Of a stretch of DNA of 39,044 bases, positions 16,856-24,398 are shown in pieces. The position numbers and the translations under genes were made by a program. The notes under the pieces were generated by a model. That model searched no databases. It worked only from the letters and a program-made list of their open reading frames with translations, and was not told where the DNA came from. Source of the DNA: a virus. The stretch lies in the IMG/VR virus record IMGVR_UViG_3300034069_000599, positions 1 to 39,044 of that record; one strand, 5' to 3'. Every line of letters starts with the position of its first letter. Within the stretch, counting starts at the first letter, position 1.

Positions 16856-17309
16856 GGCCGGGCTTGATACCGGCTGGGTTCGTCGGCGCCTCGCGGTGTT
16901 TTCACCCGCTCCGTGTCCCGCCAATCCACTGATTGCTCAGCGTCAGGAGTTGTCTCCTGCCCGACCCATGTTCGACTTACTGCGTGTCCATCCACGCCGC
17001 CTAGCAAGTCGGGGCTAGCATGACGACTCGGCTTGTGGCAAAGCAAATCGCCGCTGCCTACCCGAGAAGAACGGCCATGTAGCAATTTGGCCGGGCCGGT
17101 GAAACTCCGGACATGGCGCGGTATATTCGAGGCCGCTGTGATCCGTGCTGGCCCTCGTCTTAGATTCGCGCGGTTCGGATGGTGTGACGTCACGGCAAAG
17201 TTCGCGGGCCTCGGCCTAGAAGCAGCGTTCGGCTACCGCATCTGACAGTCGGGAAAGACCGGCACCCCCTCAACCCGGCGCTGCATAATGGCGGTGGAGC
17301 GGTTCTGGG
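16856..17309. other. 454-bp non-coding convergent region between the late (+) and early-left (-) operons
   Basis: Only junk-like ORFs with no coupling and no SD. It contrasts with near-zero spacers elsewhere. Contains the small palindromes CAGGAGttgtCTCCTG (16944-16959) and GTGACGTCAC (17185-17194). Confidence 0.6.
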
Positions 17310-17651
17310 TCATGTGTCCGTCCCCTTGTTCGCCAGTTCCAGCAGCACGTCGGCGTGGCAAGGCTGATCGAGCGGGCACCAGCAGGCGAGGTTCTTGCCC
17401 GCGAGCTTGTCGCGCGTGACCTCAAGGCGCTGCGGAGTGCTTATCAGCCAGCGATAGGCTTCCACGCACTCCCGCACGCTCGCAGGCTGGATCACGATCT
17501 TGTCTGTCGGGTCGTGGTCGTTGACGAAAAAGCGCATCTCGCCGACTTTGAATGGATTGCCCCAAAAGCCGGGCCTCGCCACGCTCACCGTGTTCTCCGG
17601 CATCTTCCAACCCTTTTTCCGAGATAGCTGGACGCGGATGGGGGCGGTCAT
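17310..17651 (-). CDS. DUF4326 domain protein (113 aa)
   Basis: ARPGFWGNPF...YRWL...LAGKNLACWCPLDQPCHADVLLELAN matches the recalled DUF4326 pattern (WGNPF ... GK.L.CWC ... CHADVL). ATGA overlap with the upstream methyltransferase. The longer 159-aa ORF was rejected. Confidence 0.7.
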   Translation of the reverse strand: MTAPIRVQLSRKKGWKMPENTVSVARPGFWGNPFKVGEMRFFVNDHDPTDKIVIQPASVRECVEAYRWLISTPQRLEVTRDKLAGKNLACWCPLDQPCHADVLLELANKGTDT

Positions 17652-18352
17652 GTGGCAAGTCTCTCGACATAAGCCATTTCGGTCGCCCGACCTTTTGTGC
17701 TTTTGAATGAGCCCAGCGGCTGGAACGGGAGCCATGAAGCGCCCTCGCCTTCGCACGCGATTAGCAGCCCAGATCGCGACCGGCACCATCGGCCGAGCCC
17801 GTCGAAATCGTGGAAGGGCACGCGATAGAAACGACCTTTGTCGCCATACGGCGGATCAACGAACCAAGTTGCGGCGACGTTCGGCGCCGCCTCGTAGCTG
17901 CCTTCGATCACGCGCCAGTCCGCAATTCGATCAAGTTGAGACGCGATGCGCTCCTTTGCGCGTGGTCCCCAGTTAAGCTGTCCGCGATCAGATCGAGCGG
18001 AGTACGCCGTTCGCGACTTTTTCGGCGTCGCGCTGCCGCGGTTGAGCCAAAAGCCGATTAGCCACTTGGCTTCTTGGCAGATGGCGTAATGATCAACACT
18101 GTCTCCGACTTCCGGCATCTCGGGCAACGCCATGATGTCGCTCGAGCTGGCGTCAATCAGGTAGCGCCACAGCCCGGCGATGATGGGGTCCCTGTCGACC
18201 AGCACCGCTTGGCTCACGCCGTAGAAACACGCGTACCCAGCCGCGCCCGCGAAAGGCTCCACAACAGATCCGCGGTCAGGCTCCGGGTAGTGCCGGGCGA
18301 TGTTCCACTTCGACCCGTAATACGGAAACAGCGGCTTGATTGGCCCCTTCAC
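17648..18352 (-). CDS. DNA N6-adenine methyltransferase, Dam (D12) class
   Basis: The N-terminal YYGSK, the EPFAGAAG (FxGxG AdoMet motif) and the catalytic FVDPPY, in alpha-class order. GTGA overlap with the upstream gene. Confidence 0.85.
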   Translation of the reverse strand: MKGPIKPLFPYYGSKWNIARHYPEPDRGSVVEPFAGAAGYACFYGVSQAVLVDRDPIIAGLWRYLIDASSSDIMALPEMPEVGDSVDHYAICQEAKWLIGFWLNRGSATPKKSRTAYSARSDRGQLNWGPRAKERIASQLDRIADWRVIEGSYEAAPNVAATWFVDPPYGDKGRFYRVPFHDFDGLGRWCRSRSGLLIACEGEGASWLPFQPLGSFKSTKGRATEMAYVERLAT

Positions 18353-18618
18353 TCCCCCGCCTCCATCGCGATCGGGGCGGGAGCGGCGGGGAGAGGCATC
18401 CAGTGGGTGGGGTCAAATGGAAGTCGACAACCCACTGCCGCATTGTCCGCCCACCAATTGCCAGTTTGGCCCAAGATGGTACTAGTTCCCCACTGACCCG
18501 AGCATATCCACGCACCACCGTGGTACTCGTCGCTGAACACGGCCAATAGGATATCAATCCCATCCCTCGGAGCCGCCTCAATCGGCTGCCATCCCTGAAG
18601 CGCGCTGTTCTCAGCCAC
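18349..18618 (-). CDS. DUF551 domain protein (89 aa)
   Basis: GWQPIEAAP...ILLAV...PTHWMPLPAAP matches the common phage DUF551 pattern (W.pi...P ... thWmPLP.pP). Confidence 0.7.
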   Translation of the reverse strand: MAENSALQGWQPIEAAPRDGIDILLAVFSDEYHGGAWICSGQWGTSTILGQTGNWWADNAAVGCRLPFDPTHWMPLPAAPAPIAMEAGE

Positions 18619-18796
18619 GCCCCTGCCCTCCCGTAAACGAGGCGGCAGGCAAAGCGCTCACCGCCCGCTGCATGTCGTTAAGCACCTTCTGATACTGAAC
18701 CGACGTCAGCGAAGCCCGAAACCCGCGAATGTGGGCGTGCAGGTCGGGTGGAATAGCGGCAGGTTGGGTGTACATAGCTTTTAGCCAAGGGGTCAT
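18611..18796 (-). CDS. Hypothetical protein (61 aa)
   Basis: ATGA overlap with the upstream small ORF (ATG 18796). The 108-aa extension in the ORF track has poor coding character. Confidence 0.5.
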   Translation of the reverse strand: MTPWLKAMYTQPAAIPPDLHAHIRGFRASLTSVQYQKVLNDMQRAVSALPAASFTGGQGRG

Positions 18797-18894
18797 GCAT
18801 CGGACTCCCCGTTCAGATCGCGGCGCATCCGTTCCCTGTCGTCGGGTGACATGGCGGCAAGCCGGGCGTGCATGGCGTTGAGGGTGGGAATCAT
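18793..18894 (-). CDS. Small hypothetical protein (33 aa)
   Basis: Translation: MIPTLNAMHARLAAMSPDDRERMRRDLNGESDA. Bracketed by ATGA overlaps at both ends. Confidence 0.4.
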   Translation of the reverse strand: MIPTLNAMHARLAAMSPDDRERMRRDLNGESDA

Positions 18895-18946
18895 GCGGCG
18901 ATCTCTCGTTTACGCTGGAGCGTAGCGAGGGTGGCAAACAAAACCA

Positions 18947-19633
18947 TCACCAGCCCTCCATTGGAAATTCGAGATAAACCTGCACCTGCCGGCGGATTTC
19001 ATTAGTGATGTTTGCCGCTCGATCGGTGTTCCGACTGACCCTGCCAAACCACCTCCAGCCGCTGCTGACAGCCCGCGTGCCCGTGTGAAAGCTATCGCAA
19101 TCAAAATATACTAGCGTACGGTCAGGTGTCTCGACGGCTTGCATATCGCCGGCTTCTAACAGGCGTTCAACTTCGGCGTGCCATCGGCGATAAATCAGTT
19201 CGCCATTGGGAACTTCAGGCATGACGCACGATCCAACCGCAAAACTGGTCGGCGCAACTGGCGCGTTGACCAATCCCAGAATGTGCTCACTGCGGTATTT
19301 AGGTGTGTCGTAATCCGGCTGACCAGCCGTGATAAAATGCCTGCCTGGCTGGATTGGAGGGCGGGGCACGTCGTCATGATGATAACCTGGTATGGCCGGA
19401 TACCAGCCCGGCATGAGCATATGCACGCGGCTATCAAACACCGCAGGCTCATCAAACCATTCGTCGGGAAGAGCGCCGACAAACTCTCGCGTAATCGGTC
19501 CACCCTTCTCGCGTGCGAACCGCAAGTCGCTATTGAAGAACATTGGCTCATCTTTGATTGCTTGATTGTTGATCCCAAGAGCGAAGGGCACCAGCGCGCT
19601 AAAACGACTGTCGAATCGCTTGTTGCCGTTCAC
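18947..19633 (-). CDS. Conserved phage protein with an HxD...H...RxS signature. Possible Fe(II)/2-oxoglutarate dioxygenase or cupin fold.
   Basis: PGWYPAIPGYHHDDVPR and DSFHTGTRAVSSGWRWFGRVS are spaced as in double-stranded beta-helix oxygenases. GTG 19633 forms a GTGA overlap with the upstream 39-aa ORF. Alternative starts are GTG 19657 and ATG 19543. It has visibly more A/T-ending codons than its neighbours. Confidence 0.6.
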   Translation of the reverse strand: MNGNKRFDSRFSALVPFALGINNQAIKDEPMFFNSDLRFAREKGGPITREFVGALPDEWFDEPAVFDSRVHMLMPGWYPAIPGYHHDDVPRPPIQPGRHFITAGQPDYDTPKYRSEHILGLVNAPVAPTSFAVGSCVMPEVPNGELIYRRWHAEVERLLEAGDMQAVETPDRTLVYFDCDSFHTGTRAVSSGWRWFGRVSRNTDRAANITNEIRRQVQVYLEFPMEGW

Positions 19634-19749
19634 GACCGCCCTCCCGTCGCAATCCACTGCCGCGAACCCGGCCAGCCGACGACGCGGCGACCATCGGGAT
19701 AGTAAAAGACGGGAACCGCCTCACCCATTTTTTCTTTTCGCGTCATCAT
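19630..19749 (-). CDS. Small hypothetical protein (39 aa)
   Basis: GGAGGC lies immediately upstream of the tandem ATG ATG. Translation: MMTRKEKMGEAVPVFYYPDGRRVVGWPGSRQWIATGGRS. The stop overlaps the next start (GTGA). Confidence 0.4.
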   Translation of the reverse strand: MMTRKEKMGEAVPVFYYPDGRRVVGWPGSRQWIATGGRS

Positions 19750-19826
19750 AGCCTCCATATGGTTGCCGTACGCGGTCTGATCGGATAGCCACCCAATCGT
19801 GGCGTAGCGTTCACCCCGCTATGTCC

Positions 19827-19856
19827 GCCGGGGCGCTCTCGACAAGCGACCCCGGC
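19827..19856 (-). other. GC-rich hairpin in the 122-nt spacer ahead of the low-GC3 gene pair
   Basis: GCCGGGGCGCT (19827-19837) pairs with AGCG-a-CCCCGGC (19845-19856). There is no U-tract, so it is not a canonical intrinsic terminator. Confidence 0.3.
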
Positions 19857-19871
19857 CCCACCTTCATGCGC

Positions 19872-20069
19872 TTACCTGGCACTCAGGTCAACCACCACAT
19901 CGCCGTCCTCTGCTACAGGCAGAACCTGCCAAACTGCATCGGCCATCCTCTCGCGCATTGCCTCGTCTAGCGTGACGGCGGCGCTTGTGTGGATCGTCAC
20001 GGCCAAATGGAAGGTATGCAGCTCGACCGGCGGCTGTTCGTGGGCGGTCATTCCATTATGGGTTGCCAT
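19872..20069 (-). CDS. Hypothetical protein (65 aa)
   Basis: GGAGGTG lies 5 nt upstream of ATG 20069. The 113-aa ORF-track version overlaps the upstream gene. Confidence 0.5.
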   Translation of the reverse strand: MATHNGMTAHEQPPVELHTFHLAVTIHTSAAVTLDEAMRERMADAVWQVLPVAEDGDVVVDLSAR

Positions 20070-20244
20070 GCGCCACCTCCCGCTCCAACCGCGCCAACTC
20101 GTCGCGAACCAGCGCTCCCCTGTCCCAATGCCCGCCAATGATCGCCACGGCCGGCACACTGCGATGCTCGCGGCCCATGGTGTCGACCAGCGGACTGTAC
20201 CGTGCCGCAACATTGGCGCGGGCGGTGGTGAGGTGGTTGGTCAT
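20056..20244 (-). CDS. Hypothetical protein (62 aa)
   Basis: ATGA overlap with the upstream stop (ATG 20244). Confidence 0.5.
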   Translation of the reverse strand: MTNHLTTARANVAARYSPLVDTMGREHRSVPAVAIIGGHWDRGALVRDELARLEREVAHGNP

Positions 20245-20642
20245 GGGCGGGGTTCCGGCTGGACCGGGAACGTCACCTCTTCATGTCGCCGGAAAATCAT
20301 GAACCCGACAAAGAAGCTGCTGTTCAAGGTCAGACCCGCCCAGAATCGAACTCGATGCAAACTGAACCGCCGGGTTCCCTTCAACGCGCCCAATTCGGTC
20401 GAAAGCGCCAGCGGTTGCCGTGGCGAGCGCGCCACGATGCGCGGCCGAACTTCTTCGACAATCACAACATAGGTGAACGCCAGCAGGATTAATGTTGCAG
20501 CCACCCCGACGACCAGCAGCACGCCACTGACCGCGACGAGCGCCCTTGGTGCATCTTGGCTTAGGATCAGGTACGCCCCGCCCAGCCCCAAAGCCGCCGA
20601 GCCCATGACGGCGGCAAGTCTTGCCCATGCGGTGTCAGCCAT
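20241..20642 (-). CDS. Membrane protein (133 aa, 2 N-terminal TM segments)
   Basis: AAVMGSAALGLGGAYLIL and ALVAVSGVLLVVGVAATLILLAFTYVVIV. ATG 20642 overlaps the upstream stop by 8 nt. Confidence 0.6.
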   Translation of the reverse strand: MADTAWARLAAVMGSAALGLGGAYLILSQDAPRALVAVSGVLLVVGVAATLILLAFTYVVIVEEVRPRIVARSPRQPLALSTELGALKGTRRFSLHRVRFWAGLTLNSSFFVGFMIFRRHEEVTFPVQPEPRP

Positions 20643-20904
20643 CGCTCTTCTCCGATGCGAGGATATGGGTGCGGACGGCGAGGCCGAGCGGGGTGAGGCG
20701 GTAGTGAGTCCGCTTAGGTTGGCCCGGCTGCCAGCCACGTTCGCAGATGTCCGGGTGCCAAAGGACGAAATTGGCCGGCGTTTGTGCGGGGAGTTGAGGG
20801 GGTGCCGTTTGCCAATCAGCGTTCAGCGCGCACACAAGTATCCGCTGCGCCTTCGTCAGCCCCTTCGCCACGCTCTCCACCAGCTTGGGATCGGGGGCGG
20901 TCAT
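20635..20904 (-). CDS. Hypothetical protein (89 aa). Possible winged-helix DNA binder.
   Basis: ATGA overlap with the methyltransferase stop. The C-terminal HYRLTPLGLAVRTHI resembles a wHTH wing. Weak evidence. Confidence 0.55.
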   Translation of the reverse strand: MTAPDPKLVESVAKGLTKAQRILVCALNADWQTAPPQLPAQTPANFVLWHPDICERGWQPGQPKRTHYRLTPLGLAVRTHILASEKSDG

Positions 20905-22001
20905 GCGGCTGCCCTCACGTCACCATAGACGGCGGACAGCGCGGCCTCGGTGCGTAATATGGCTCGCCCGATCGCCTCGGGTATCTGCGGGATCACCGCG
21001 TCACCGAACGCCTCGACGGCAAGGCTGGCAGCAGACTGCCCCTTGCCATCGCCGACCTGAACGCGAGTGCCAGCCAGCCGGGCGGATAGCCCATCATCCA
21101 GCCGTAGGTGATCGGCAAGGTGCGCGAGGGACCAGTCATGCCGGCCTCGGTCAGCATCGCCGCGATCTGGCGCGCGTAGGCCCATTTGTCCGGTGCCCGC
21201 CCCGTCATAACACCGTCCAATACCGCGTCCATCGTCGGCGATTTCCGCTTGTCGTAAGCCGGGCTCCATGCATCCATGCGCTTGTCGCGCTTGGTCGGCG
21301 TCGGGAGCTTTTCCTGCGCCACCTGCATGATATGGCGCACCGTCCCCATTCTCTCGATGTCGCCGTGTCCGCCTGCCTTCATGTCCGACGCTCGCGGCGT
21401 CGCGAGTATCTGCCGGAACGGGTACGTCGAACCCGCCCCACCCCCGGCTCCATCCCGCATCCCGTCCGACGCCATCGGGGTTGGCAACCTGTGCAAGGTC
21501 GCATCCGATGACCCAAGCGCGGGGACGTTCGTGATTGGCACCGACGTCTTCAGCACGAACCACGAACGGCCAGCAGGCGTAGCCGAGCGCTTCCAGTGCA
21601 GCGAGAACGGCGTCAGCCCCCCGAGTTCGGAGATTAGCGCTGTTCTCAAGAGCGAACCAACGAGGTCGGACTTCTCCGATGATACGGGTGGCTTCGAAGT
21701 AGAGACCCGACCGCTCGCCCTCGACGCCTTTGCCTTTGGTGTTGGCGGAGCTGATATCTTGGCAGGGAGGGGAGCCGACGACGACGGACGGAAGCCGTCC
21801 AAGATCAGCGCGAAGTCGGTCTGCCGTAAGGGTGCGGACATCATCGTATAGCCTGACATGAGGATTGTTCTCGGCATAGACGGCCCGGCGCCATGCCTCG
21901 ACTTCGCACGCCGCGACCGTCGTGAAGCCGGCGCGGTGCATCCCGAGCGACCAGCCTCCCGCCGCGGCGCTAAACAGGTCGAGCACTTCCATCCGGTTCA
22001 C
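20901..22001 (-). CDS. DNA (cytosine-5)-methyltransferase. The ORF is open, but the conserved motifs are split between two reading frames (see findings).
   Basis: In this frame: motif I DLFSAAGG, motif IV GSPPCQDIS, motif VI ENS, motif VIII ERPRAWVIG and motif X FGDAVIPQIPEAIGRAI. The TRD/motif IX-like blocks (LPTPMASDG, LATPRASDMKAGG, LPTPTKRDKR, MMGYPPGW) are in the neighbouring frame (ORF 20993-21877). AGGAGG lies 7 nt before GTG 22001. ATG 21992 is an alternative start. Confidence 0.8.
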   Translation of the reverse strand: MNRMEVLDLFSAAAGGWSLGMHRAGFTTVAACEVEAWRRAVYAENNPHVRLYDDVRTLTADRLRADLGRLPSVVVGSPPCQDISSANTKGKGVEGERSGLYFEATRIIGEVRPRWFALENSANLRTRGADAVLAALEALGYACWPFVVRAEDVGANHERPRAWVIGCDLAQVANPDGVGRDAGWSRGWGGFDVPVPADTRDAASVGHEGRRTRRHRENGDGAPYHAGGAGKAPDADQARQAHGCMEPGLRQAEIADDGRGIGRCYDGAGTGQMGLRAPDRGDADRGRHDWSLAHLADHLRLDDGLSARLAGTRVQVGDGKGQSAASLAVEAFGDAVIPQIPEAIGRAILRTEAALSAVYGDVRAAA

Positions 22002-22363
22002 GCGCCCACCTCCTGCGCTGCGAGGGCGCGTAGGGCGGCGGCGGTCAGGGCGAGCGCGGGGGTGGCGGCGAAACGACACCTCGGCTTGTCACCTGTTACC
22101 GGTTCCAGTTTGCCATCGGGATAGAGCCAAGCTGTCCAGTCGCCCTTCGCGCGCAGGGTGGGGTGATCGTGCTGCGACAGGTCGCCGATCCGCCACCCCT
22201 CCGGCACCAGCGTTATCGCGGCGTCGAGAGAAGCGGTGTAGGCGGGAATGCGAACTTGCGGATCGTACCCAACCGCGACGGCGATTAGGCGTTCCAACAG
22301 AAAGGACGACCTCTTCGCCTGTTCGCAGCGCTCCGCCAGCGCCGGCAGGTCGTCACGCTTCAT
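21998..22363 (-). CDS. Hypothetical protein (121 aa). Possibly a phage ABA-sandwich-like domain.
   Basis: GGAG lies upstream of ATG 22363. IPAYTASLDAAITLVPEGW resembles the recalled Phage_ABA_S pattern. Weak evidence. Confidence 0.6.
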   Translation of the reverse strand: MKRDDLPALAERCEQAKRSSFLLERLIAVAVGYDPQVRIPAYTASLDAAITLVPEGWRIGDLSQHDHPTLRAKGDWTAWLYPDGKLEPVTGDKPRCRFAATPALALTAAALRALAAQEVGA

Positions 22364-22721
22364 AGGGCGTCTCCGATGTGGTGGGAGCGTTCGGTACGAT
22401 TCGGAAAGCAGCGCGGCGCTTTTGTACCTTCACGGCCCGAAACATGCGCAGGTCGTCGTCAACTGCTCTTTGGCCGCGATCGTCACGAAAGCTGACCGGA
22501 TGGCCGTTGATGGCTACGATATTCCAAGCGCTCAGGTCATCTTTAGACCGCGACGAAAACGCCCTGCCTTCCGGGTCTGGAAGCCCCCAGGCTCCGCTCC
22601 AATACGCAAAGGTGACCGTTGCACCATCGACACGAACACGATCGCCGGCTTTGAGAACTGCTTTCGCTCGTTCGGTCGCTCGGTCGAAAGCGGCGCGCGC
22701 ATTTGGCCCAAAGACGCTCAC
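22353..22721 (-). CDS. Hypothetical protein (122 aa)
   Basis: GTGA overlap with the upstream stop (GTG 22721). The longer 149-aa ORF overlaps the previous gene. Confidence 0.6.
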   Translation of the reverse strand: MSVFGPNARAAFDRATERAKAVLKAGDRVRVDGATVTFAYWSGAWGLPDPEGRAFSSRSKDDLSAWNIVAINGHPVSFRDDRGQRAVDDDLRMFRAVKVQKRRAAFRIVPNAPTTSETPYEA

Positions 22722-23575
22722 GACCGCTCTCCCGTCTCTGCTACGGGCTGGTGGGGATGCAGGGCGGTGAGGCGGCGGGCGAGCGTCGCGCGGATCGTGC
22801 AAAGCTTGGCGTGCAGTGACTGATCAATACCGTAGAAAGCACGTGATTTGGCTCGCTCGTTGATCTCGTCGATCAGCACGATCGCCTCACGCGCCGCTAG
22901 CTCCACCTCCCCCACGCCATCCGAAGCGGCAGGGGCGGCTATGGGCTGGGTGGGGGTGTAGGCGATGATGTCGACATCGGCTTGGCCATCAGGATCGCCT
23001 TCGGGTTCATGCTTCCAAACGTAATCTGGCCCCGGCCATGGGCACCCATCGCGAAGCAGAACGGTCCCACCATTCCAGTCTCTAGGCTCGTTCGGATAGT
23101 CGGGATGTTCCAGGCCATAGGGCACCATGCCGGCGAAGATATTGTTCCTGGCGTCAGGCATATGATTCTCCCCTACCGTCGCAGCCTGTTCTTCTGCCGA
23201 GGGGGTGGCGAGGTTGAGGATCGCATCAGCAAGATCGAAGCACCGATCCACAACGTGCGTCGGGATGATATCCATGATGCGCGCAGCGAACTCGTCTGAC
23301 TGCCATTCTCCATGCGGTCGGCGCGGTTCGCCTGTAGTCGTGCCCAGACCCGCCAGCGCAATCAGACCGGCAACCTGGTCCCGCAACGCTTCCACCCCAC
23401 CGCTCGCAACGCGGGCTTCGGGCTGGGGCGTGGCGCGGGTGTTTCCGGCAACGAAAGCAGCAACGAGCCGGTCGGCACCATGCGTGTCGGCCGCGCTAGG
23501 ATGGTTCTGCGCGACCCACTCCCTCGCCCGCTGCTCTAGCCGCTCATCCGATACGGGGGGCGTGTTATCCGGCAT
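22718..23575 (-). CDS. Hypothetical protein (285 aa)
   Basis: ATG 23575 overlaps the upstream stop by 11 nt. High GC3. No motif recognised. Confidence 0.7.
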   Translation of the reverse strand: MPDNTPPVSDERLEQRAREWVAQNHPSAADTHGADRLVAAFVAGNTRATPQPEARVASGGVEALRDQVAGLIALAGLGTTTGEPRRPHGEWQSDEFAARIMDIIPTHVVDRCFDLADAILNLATPSAEEQAATVGENHMPDARNNIFAGMVPYGLEHPDYPNEPRDWNGGTVLLRDGCPWPGPDYVWKHEPEGDPDGQADVDIIAYTPTQPIAAPAASDGVGEVELAAREAIVLIDEINERAKSRAFYGIDQSLHAKLCTIRATLARRLTALHPHQPVAETGERS

Positions 23576-24398
23576 GGGGAGTGTCCTTCAGGGCAGCGCG
23601 GTCCAAGCGCTCAATCTCGGCGACGATCAGCGCGCCAGCTTTGACGAGGCTGCGGCGAGCATCAGACGGCTTGAACCACTTCGGTTCCCACGGCCAAAAG
23701 CCGATGGGATCAGCAGCAAAGTAGCTTCCTTCCGTCGCAGCCGCGAAAGCATAGGCGCCCGCAGCGGCGGCAATCTCCCCGTTGCCGTGCTGGTCGTCGT
23801 GATCTGGTATCCAGCCCTCATCACTGATTTGACGCTGCCGTTCATGCGCGATGTCACAAATTGCCCGCCCCTCATCCGCTAGGGGAGCGGCTTGGGTGAT
23901 CGGGAGGGCGCGGATGCGATCAGCCACGGTCTGGCAAGCATCAATCCACATCGGTTCTGCGGCTTCGTCACGGCAAGCCTCTCCTTCCGCCACCTTCGCA
24001 GCCGCCTCCCGCATAGCTGCTGCGTCTGTGGGGGCTTGGGTCGCGGGGGCGGCGGTGTTGATTGCGTGAACGATTGCCTCCACAATGGCTTCGTCCTCGT
24101 CCGACGAAACGAACATGTCGAGCGCTTCACAGGCTGCGGCCATCTGTTTGGGAGACAACCCGCGCGGCACGACCACCGTCTCCCCTGCCGCTTCGGTAGC
24201 GCGCTCGGTGGTGAGGCGGTGGCGGGCGAAGGCTTGAGCCGTAGGGCCTGCGTCCCACTCGCCGCTTCTCAGTTCGGCTATGCGTTGCCGCTCGAATGGG
24301 GTCAGACTATCACCGCTAAGAAGTAGAAAGTCAGCTGCCGCATCACGATCCGCCTGCGTCACTACGGCAGCTTCACGGTTCTGGGTGGGGTCGGTCAT
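23565..24398 (-). CDS. Hypothetical protein (277 aa) with a conserved phage C-terminal domain
   Basis: ATGA overlap. The C-terminal block HDDQHGNGEIAAAAGAYA...WPWEPKWFKPSDARRSLVKAGALIVAEIERLDR looks like a recurrent phage domain that I cannot name. Confidence 0.7.
   Translation of the reverse strand: MTDPTQNREAAVVTQADRDAAADFLLLSGDSLTPFERQRIAELRSGEWDAGPTAQAFARHRLTTERATEAAGETVVVPRGLSPKQMAAACEALDMFVSSDEDEAIVEAIVHAINTAAPATQAPTDAAAMREAAAKVAEGEACRDEAAEPMWIDACQTVADRIRALPITQAAPLADEGRAICDIAHERQRQISDEGWIPDHDDQHGNGEIAAAAGAYAFAAATEGSYFAADPIGFWPWEPKWFKPSDARRSLVKAGALIVAEIERLDRAALKDTPHAG

Noticed and set aside
17150-17200. GGTTCGGAT, which resembles a tRNA T-loop (tRNA gene or attP core)
   Set aside because: I could not build flanking T-stem, anticodon-arm or acceptor pairings by hand, and no integrase exists. 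A tRNAscan or Rfam run would settle it.
16815-17245. ORFs 16815-17018 (+), 16852-17193 (-) and 17033-17245 (+) in the convergent gap
   Set aside because: They have no SD, no coupling and junk-like composition. The region is treated as non-coding pending comparative evidence.
20993-21877. Treating ORF 20993-21877 as an independent 294-aa gene overlapping the methyltransferase
   Set aside because: Its N-terminal half is junk. Only its C-terminal roughly 150 aa look real, and they are the missing TRD/motif IX of the methyltransferase. I interpret it as the shifted middle of one gene, not a separate gene.
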